Shown here one piece after another: positions 57,714-64,000 of a DNA stretch of 64,000 nt. How positions within the stretch are numbered: the first letter of the stretch is position 1; each line of letters starts with the position of its first letter. The stretch is from the NCBI GenBank assembly GCA_041659065.1, contig JBAZYY010000001.1, positions 274,228-338,227 on the forward strand, read 5' to 3'. The notes under the pieces were generated by a model. It saw only the letters and a list, made by a program, of their open reading frames with translations. It was not told the origin of the DNA and did no database searches. Source of the DNA: Parcubacteria group bacterium. Its GTDB lineage: Bacteria; Patescibacteriota; Minisyncoccia; Moranbacterales; UBA11712. The position numbers and the translations under genes are program-made.

Positions 57714-58187
57714 TCAAATTTCAGAGACTTTTGTTAAGTCGGCAACTTTGCAACGCAGTTTTTTATCCAGGTCGCTGGCGTTGAACTCTAATCCATAGAG
57801 ATGGTTTCCTGAGCCGCAATTTATTACGTCGAGTGCTAGCACATTTTTATCCGTAAACAAACTAACATTCAACATAAATGGGCAGACCGCGCCTGGATCC
57901 ACGCCAGAGGCTTCTTTAACCTGTTTCTCATTTGCAATGGCCATTTCTTCTCCCAGAATGTTCTTTAGGGCCGAAAAGCTGACCTTATCTCTTCCTTTCA
58001 GAAAAACCGCTATGTTTTTTCCGCTTTTTTTGCCTCGCAAGATTATTGTCTTGCAGATTTCATCCGAATTTATTTCTTCATCTGAATATTTTATCACATC
58101 CTCAACTGTGTAGGCCTTGCGAGTAAGCTTAATCAGCCTGTACTTAACCTGCCTTTCGTCCAATATTTTTTCGACTTGTAGTTTCAT
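57714..58187 (-). CDS. YbaK/EbsC aminoacyl-tRNA deacylase family protein
   Basis: ICKTII, SGVDPGAVCPF and NCGSG. Confidence 0.85.
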   Translation of the reverse strand: MKLQVEKILDERQVKYRLIKLTRKAYTVEDVIKYSDEEINSDEICKTIILRGKKSGKNIAVFLKGRDKVSFSALKNILGEEMAIANEKQVKEASGVDPGAVCPFMLNVSLFTDKNVLALDVINCGSGNHLYGLEFNASDLDKKLRCKVADLTKVSEI

Positions 58188-58221
58188 AATTTTAACTCTA
58201 TTTTCCACTGCTTTTTGCAAA

Positions 58222-58635
58222 TTATAAATATTCTTTAGATAAATAATCTTTTACCAATCGTCTGGCTAGATTTGAAAAATTATAATTTTCCAAATTTTCA
58301 TTTTTAGAAAAATAAAAGATACTCTTTCCTTCTTTAAGCTTCAGCTTTTCGGGATTTATATTTCGCGCCATATAAGCGAAAACAAATGTTTCTTCATCTC
58401 GATAATTCTTATCTTTGTAGTTTCCAAAAAAATCCAGGTCTTCTTCTTTAAGCTTGATCATTAACTCCTCTTCAATTTCACGCAAGGCTGCTTCCAGGGG
58501 TTTTTCACCTGTTTCAATTTTACCCCCAAAAGTCGTAATCTTACCAGAGTTATTAATTTTAAAGCCTTTATCTTTTTGCTGAAAGATTAATTTACCATCG
58601 GTAGTGAATAAAATAATAGACGTATATTTATCCAT
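58222..58635 (-). CDS. NUDIX hydrolase
   Basis: FGGKIETGE...ALREIEEEL. Confidence 0.9.
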   Translation of the reverse strand: MDKYTSIILFTTDGKLIFQQKDKGFKINNSGKITTFGGKIETGEKPLEAALREIEEELMIKLKEEDLDFFGNYKDKNYRDEETFVFAYMARNINPEKLKLKEGKSIFYFSKNENLENYNFSNLARRLVKDYLSKEYL

Positions 58636-58696
58636 AATACACCGGATTTTATTTACTTTCCGCAACACTTCTTATGCGTTAAAAGTATAACATACA

Positions 58697-58725
58697 TTGC
58701 GCTTTAGGACAATTCACTATATAAT
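58697..58725 (+). promoter_or_regulatory. Sigma70-type promoter, probably leaderless, for the HNH gene
   Basis: TTGCGC-17 nt-TATAAT, then 6 nt to the ATG at 58732. Confidence 0.6.
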
Positions 58726-58731
58726 TTATAT

Positions 58732-59316
58732 ATGCCTAAATGTGTCGTCGCAAACTGCAAAAATTATACCCGTTTCATGAATACGAAGCAGAAGTATTGC
58801 ACCATGCATTTAGCGCGAATTAAAAGGCATGGCTACCCTGAGTTGAAAAAAGACGCTTATCAATCCTTAGAAAAAATGCCTCATGAATTTGTAGATGAAT
58901 TTATCAAGCAAAATTGCCATAAAATGTTCGACGAGGAAATTGCCGCTAAACTAAGTCAAAAAGGAATAAAAGGTATAAGCACTTGGAATGTAAAATATCG
59001 ACGCAGAAAATTAGGCATTAAGAAGTATTCATACGGAGAAATTCAAAAACATAAGGCATGGGTCAGATTACAGGCGATAAAAAAATACGGAAATAAATGT
59101 GAATTATGCGGATACGAACTTTCTATTGACATTCATCATATTAAACCTAAAAGCGAAGGTGGAGCTCATGATGCTAAAAATTTGATGGTAGTTTGTCCCA
59201 ACTGTCACTCATTAATAACAAGAAAAATATTATGGTTAGGGTGTAGAAAGGATATCCCTCGGATAAGAAAAGAAATAAAATTACATTTAAAGAACAATCA
59301 ACCAAATTTTGGATAA
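58732..59316 (+). CDS. HNH endonuclease with N-terminal Zn-finger-like motif
   Basis: CELCG...DIHHI.P...GG.H...NLMVVCPNCH; N-terminal CxxxxC...YCTMH. Confidence 0.88.
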   Translation: MPKCVVANCKNYTRFMNTKQKYCTMHLARIKRHGYPELKKDAYQSLEKMPHEFVDEFIKQNCHKMFDEEIAAKLSQKGIKGISTWNVKYRRRKLGIKKYSYGEIQKHKAWVRLQAIKKYGNKCELCGYELSIDIHHIKPKSEGGAHDAKNLMVVCPNCHSLITRKILWLGCRKDIPRIRKEIKLHLKNNQPNFG

Positions 59317-61964
59317 CAACATTTCTTATACTTTACCGGTTTTCCAGTTGCTGGATCAGTTTTCCCGCAGGGGCAAGGATCATTGCGGCCGACCTCATCT
59401 TTATTCCTGATTGTCTGCTGAGCGGGTGCAGATTTTCCGGCCGAATCTTCTTTTGCCGCGGCAAATTGCGCGGGCTGCTCTTGGGCCCCCTGATAGCGGG
59501 CATCGGCCAGAATATTTTGCTGCGGAGCCGGCTCTTCTTTCACTATTCCAACCTTGTAAATCGTATTAACCACGACTCCGCGGATGCTGGCCAGAAGATT
59601 TTGAAACAACAGATATCCTTCTTTTTTGTATTCAACCAGCGGATCCCTTTGTCCGTAGCCACGCAGACCTATACCTTCGCGCATATACTCCATATCATCC
59701 AGATGATTCATCCAAAAAGAATCAATCGCTCTGAGATATACCGCCTTTTCAATTTGCCCAAATATTTCCGGCGTGATTTCCTTTTCTTTTCGGTTATAAC
59801 TCTCTTTAGCCAGCCCCTTCAAATATTCGATAATAGCCGAGACTTTTTGCGCGTCATTCATATGATCTTTTGATCTCTTGAGCTCCAGCAGTCTCTTGAA
59901 AGCATCTTCCGAGATCGGGAAAATGGAATTGAGCTTTTCCTTTATCTCACCCATATCCCAATCCCTATAATCCCCCGAGGTATGCAGACCGACGATCTGC
60001 TCAATCTCCTCTTCGATCATGGAGATGACGTCGTCCTTGAGATTTTCTTTCGTTAAAATTTCTTTTCTTTTCCGATATATTACTTCTCTTTGCTTATTCA
60101 TCACATCATCATATTCAAGGACGTGCTTTCTGATATCGAAATTGAATCCCTCAATTTTCGACTGAGCGCTTTCGATCGAGCGGGAAATCATCTTATTTTC
60201 AATCGGTTGGTCTTCCGGAAGACCGAGTCGATCCATGATATTTTTTACTTTATCGCCTCCAAAACGGCGCATCAATTCGTCTTCGAGTGAAACAAAAAAC
60301 TGAGTGGAGCCTGGATCGCCCTGTCGGCCCGCGCGGCCTCGCAGCTGATTATCGATTCGCCGCGCCTCATGCCGTTCTGTGCCAAGAATATGCAGCCCGC
60401 CAAGTTCCGCCACGCCTTCGCCCAACTTTATATCCGTTCCTCTACCAGCCATATTGGTTGCGATCGTCACGGAGCCTTTTTGCCCAGCCTTGGCGATTAT
60501 CAAGGCTTCTTTTTCATGATTTTTCGCGTTGAGCACTTCATGTTCAACACCCTCCCGTGAGAGCATTTCAGCTAGAACTTCTGATTTTTCAATGGCAATT
60601 GTCCCAACAAGCACCGGCTGTCCCGCTTCGTACCGCTTTTTGATATCATTGATCACCGCGCGAAATTTACCGTTCTCAGTCTTATAAATAATATCCGGAA
60701 GATCCTTCCTTATCATGGGTTGGTTCGTGGGTATAGGGACAACTTCCAGTTCGTAAACCTTATTAAATTCTTCCGCCGACGTGAGGGCCGTACCCGTCAT
60801 TCCCGCCAGCTTTTCATACATCCTGAAATAATTTTGAAAAGTGATGGTCGCAAGTGTCCGGCTTTCCTTCTGTACTTCCACGTTTTCTTTCGCCTCGATC
60901 GCCTGATGAAGCCCTTCGGAATAACGCCGACCAGGCATCAAGCGGCCCGTAAAATCATCAACAATAATCACCTCGCCTTCGCGGACAACATAATCCCTGT
61001 CTCTCTTAAAAAGAATATTCGCCTTGAGCGCTTGCTCCAATTGATGAACATAAGAAATTTTTGAAATGTCATAAATGTTTCCCACGCCCAGCATTTTTTC
61101 CACGTTGGAAATTCCTTCGTCCGTCAGCGACACGGCTCTCGCCTTTTCATCCACCGTAAAATCATCGTTTTCTTTGAGGCGAGGGACTAACTGGGCAAAA
61201 GTCTTATAGAGCTTGGTTGATTCCATATCCGGCGCGCTGATAATAAGTGGGGTCCTCGCTTCATCAATAAGAATGCTGTCCACCTCATCCACGATGGCAT
61301 AATTCAATTCCCGCTGAACGCACTGTGAAATATGCTGGACCATGTTGTCCCGCAAATAATCAAAGCCGAATTCATTGTTCGTGCCATAGGTGATATCAAC
61401 CGCGTAGGCGTCTCGCCTCGAAACCGGTTTTAGATTCTCCATCTCTACGCTTACCTCGTCGCTATCCTTAATTTTTGGCTCATACACAAAAGACTGGTCA
61501 TGCTGAATGCATCCGGTTGAAAGGCCGAGAAAATGATATATTGGCCCCATCCAATTTGCGTCCCGGCGGGACAAGTAATCATTGACCGTCACTACATGAA
61601 CGCCCTTTCCGGAAAGCGCGTTAAGATACACCGCGGCCGTAGCCGTATGAGTCTTTCCCTCCCCGGTTTTCATCTCGGCAATTTTTCCCTGATGGAGCGC
61701 AATGGCGCCGATCAGCTGGACGTCGAACAGCCTTTTGCCGTCGACTCTTTTCACGGCTTCCCGGACAAGCGCATAAGCTTCGGGTAGGATATCATCCATA
61801 GGCTCACCATCTTTGACTCTTTTTTTGAATTCATCCGTTTTTCCTCGAATTTCCTCATCAGACAGCTTCTGCATTTCAGGCTCCAATTGGTTTATTTTAT
61901 CGACAATGGGTTTCAGCTTATTCGCTTCTTTTTCCGCTCCGCCAAAAAGTGCTTTTAATATCAT
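59298..61964 (-). CDS. secA: Preprotein translocase SecA
   Basis: MKTGEGKT, DEVDSILIDEARTPLIIS, ATNMAGRGTDI, QLRGRAGRQGDPG and C-terminal GRNDPCPCG. Confidence 0.98.
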   Translation of the reverse strand: MILKALFGGAEKEANKLKPIVDKINQLEPEMQKLSDEEIRGKTDEFKKRVKDGEPMDDILPEAYALVREAVKRVDGKRLFDVQLIGAIALHQGKIAEMKTGEGKTHTATAAVYLNALSGKGVHVVTVNDYLSRRDANWMGPIYHFLGLSTGCIQHDQSFVYEPKIKDSDEVSVEMENLKPVSRRDAYAVDITYGTNNEFGFDYLRDNMVQHISQCVQRELNYAIVDEVDSILIDEARTPLIISAPDMESTKLYKTFAQLVPRLKENDDFTVDEKARAVSLTDEGISNVEKMLGVGNIYDISKISYVHQLEQALKANILFKRDRDYVVREGEVIIVDDFTGRLMPGRRYSEGLHQAIEAKENVEVQKESRTLATITFQNYFRMYEKLAGMTGTALTSAEEFNKVYELEVVPIPTNQPMIRKDLPDIIYKTENGKFRAVINDIKKRYEAGQPVLVGTIAIEKSEVLAEMLSREGVEHEVLNAKNHEKEALIIAKAGQKGSVTIATNMAGRGTDIKLGEGVAELGGLHILGTERHEARRIDNQLRGRAGRQGDPGSTQFFVSLEDELMRRFGGDKVKNIMDRLGLPEDQPIENKMISRSIESAQSKIEGFNFDIRKHVLEYDDVMNKQREVIYRKRKEILTKENLKDDVISMIEEEIEQIVGLHTSGDYRDWDMGEIKEKLNSIFPISEDAFKRLLELKRSKDHMNDAQKVSAIIEYLKGLAKESYNRKEKEITPEIFGQIEKAVYLRAIDSFWMNHLDDMEYMREGIGLRGYGQRDPLVEYKKEGYLLFQNLLASIRGVVVNTIYKVGIVKEEPAPQQNILADARYQGAQEQPAQFAAAKEDSAGKSAPAQQTIRNKDEVGRNDPCPCGKTDPATGKPVKYKKCCYPKFG

Positions 61965-62175
61965 AAAATTAACAATCACAGATTGATGGTCAGTGATCAA
62001 AAAACATTATATTTAACTACCTTATCTTATATTAATCGGGCTCCAAAATCAACAGCAGCTTAATAATTCGCTGCTAATGCCCGGATTAACGGCTGATTAT
62101 ACAAATTAAAGACAGCCCAACCTTTAACAGTATGGACTGCCCTAAAAATCCCCTGCTAATTTTATACGTTAAATC

Positions 62176-62868
62176 CTACTCGTGTTTTTCAGAAATTTCG
62201 TGTCTGATTTTTTTGAGGATCATAGCCGCTTCATCCTTTCCACCCAAACCGAACGCAAGCCCTCCTGCGAGTGCCAGCATGGCGACAAGTCCGATAAACA
62301 AAGTATTGATGAGAGATGCTGCGATTCCAAGTTGAATCAACGCCGCCAAAAATCCAAAAATTACAATCGCCCATTTAGCAACAGTCGCAAGCAGCGTCGC
62401 TGAAACTATCCCGGCAACTTTTGTGCTGCCTCTGACAACCGCGTAAGCGAAATTCGCGACCAGGAAAGCTATGGCAAGTATTACGGCCGCAACTACTACA
62501 TTCGGGAGATATAGAATAATGCTGTTCAGAAAACTGGTCACCTGGACTAGTTTCAAAATATCAGTGGCTGCCATCAAGAAAACTAAAATCAAAAACCATT
62601 TCACAAGCCCACCAAGGAATTTGGCAATATTGATATTTACTCCGGCATTTTTGAATCTAGCTTTAGTCCCGGCTTTTTCAACGGCTTCGTCAACTTTTAG
62701 GACCTTAAAGATATGCTCCACTACCTTCCCCAAAGCCACAGCCACAATCCAACCGGCAACTAAAACCAAAACCGCCCCAACGAGCGCGGGCAGAAAACCA
62801 ACAAACCTATCCCAGAGACTGATCAAGGACATTGTAATCGCTTCTCCCCAAGTTTGAACTGGTTCCAT
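62176..62868 (-). CDS. CmpX/MscS-type conserved TM helix repeat protein
   Basis: FLPALVGA..., YLPNVVVA... and LAFGLGGKD; GGAGGTGA SD. Confidence 0.82.
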   Translation of the reverse strand: MEPVQTWGEAITMSLISLWDRFVGFLPALVGAVLVLVAGWIVAVALGKVVEHIFKVLKVDEAVEKAGTKARFKNAGVNINIAKFLGGLVKWFLILVFLMAATDILKLVQVTSFLNSIILYLPNVVVAAVILAIAFLVANFAYAVVRGSTKVAGIVSATLLATVAKWAIVIFGFLAALIQLGIAASLINTLFIGLVAMLALAGGLAFGLGGKDEAAMILKKIRHEISEKHE

Positions 62869-62962
62869 TCATTCACCTCCCTTCAAGTTTAATTTTATTT
62901 TACCCCTTTTCGCTTATTATAGCAGAAATTACCGCGTAAATCTTGGCGGGTGTGGATAACTT

Positions 62963-64000
62963 TTACTCAACTTCTTCCCAAGGAAATCCAGTTCTGCCGA
63001 AGTGGCCATAGGCTGCTGTTTTCCTGTAAATAGGCCGACGCAAATTTAACTTGTCGATTATTGAAAGGGGTTTGAAGTCATACTTCTTTGTCACCGCTTC
63101 GCTTATACTCTCTCCGCTTTCATTGATTACTTCAACCATCAGAGGCTCCGCCCTTCCAATGGCATATGAAACCGAAACCAAGCAACTTTTCGCGAGCCCG
63201 TTCGCGACAATATTTTTTGCCACAAACCGAGCCATATAAGCCGCCGACCGATCCACTTTGGTCGGATCTTTTCCGGAGAAACAGCCCCCGCCATGCGGAA
63301 TCAGCCCACCATAAGTATCGACCATGATTTTTCTTCCCGTGAGCCCCGCGTCTGCTTCAAAACCGCCTCTTGCAAACTTCCCTGTTGGATTGATCAATAT
63401 CTCAACGTCCTCAAATTTGGAAACCTGGTTTCCAAGAATCGGTTTTATGAGTTTTTCGATCAGTTCTTCTCGAATATTTTCCTGTTCCACAGATTCGTCA
63501 TGCTGAGTGCTGACTAAAACCGTTTTTATTTCATCGCCCGCGATCGTAATTTGAGCTTTGCCATCCGGCTTGAGCCACCCCACTTCTCCGCTTTTTCGCA
63601 AGTTTTCAAGCCCTTGCGTAAGTTTATGCACCAGCGAAACGCCTTTAGGCATGAATTCCGACGTTTCGTCGGTCGCATAGCCATACATAATCCCTTGGTC
63701 GCCCGCACCGCCCGTATCCACCCCCTGCGCGATATCCGGAGACTGCGTGACAATATTAGTGATAATTTTTATTTCATCAGTATGTCCGATTTCCCGATAA
63801 ACTTCCCTCGCAATATTCTCAAAATCAATTTCCGCCTTAGTCGTAATTTCCCCGCCAATGACAAGCAGCCCATGGCTTCCAAAAGCTTCCGCGCCCACGC
63901 GACTCATCGGATCCTGCTCAAGACATGCATCCAGAATCGCATCCGAAATCTGGTCGCAAACTTTGTCCGGGTGCCCGGACGTTACACTTTCAACTGTGTA
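62963..64000 (-). CDS. metK: S-adenosylmethionine synthetase, 5' end outside the window
   Basis: ESVTSGHPDKVCDQISD, GAGDQG, GLTGRKI, GGGCFSGKDPTKVDRS and TAAYGHFGR. Confidence 0.97.
   Translation of the reverse strand, partial: YTVESVTSGHPDKVCDQISDAILDACLEQDPMSRVGAEAFGSHGLLVIGGEITTKAEIDFENIAREVYREIGHTDEIKIITNIVTQSPDIAQGVDTGGAGDQGIMYGYATDETSEFMPKGVSLVHKLTQGLENLRKSGEVGWLKPDGKAQITIAGDEIKTVLVSTQHDESVEQENIREELIEKLIKPILGNQVSKFEDVEILINPTGKFARGGFEADAGLTGRKIMVDTYGGLIPHGGGCFSGKDPTKVDRSAAYMARFVAKNIVANGLAKSCLVSVSYAIGRAEPLMVEVINESGESISEAVTKKYDFKPLSIIDKLNLRRPIYRKTAAYGHFGRTGFPWEEVE

Noticed and set aside
1-64000. tRNA, rRNA, tmRNA or a T-box before tyrS
   Set aside because: None recognisable by eye; a covariance-model scan would be needed to exclude divergent ones.

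Overview
Chromosomal segment of a reduced-genome bacterium, by gene content and sequence style most likely Patescibacteria/CPR (Parcubacteria-like; this is inference). Almost every real gene is on the minus strand. Housekeeping blocks include polX, a P-type ATPase, htrA, a four-subunit pyruvate:ferredoxin oxidoreductase operon, dsbA, rmuC, glnA, rplJ-rplL, mltG, murB-murC-murG-ftsW, trmD, khpA-rpsP-smc-rnc-nusB-tyrS, secA and metK. A ~16 kb accessory island splits the normally adjacent khpA and trmD genes. Its left part (33.25-39.3 kb) is the most unusual feature: orphan, enzyme-like genes (NUDIX, Fic, ART-like, PRTase-like) are separated by a modular repeat family built from three motifs (A, B, C). 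One repeat copy encloses a PaaX-like wHTH/Cas2-like gene, and two copies look like internally deleted derivatives of that unit. The island also holds an unannotated 55-aa (PPK/PPR)n peptide with a strong SD, and a two-subunit restriction-modification locus with OLD-family and GIY-YIG nucleases nested between its subunits. Other notable items are in-frame mini-palindromes in murB and rpsP, heptamer-repeat tracts, an L10-leader attenuator and a 36-bp perfect palindrome. All calls come from reading the sequence; no searches were run.
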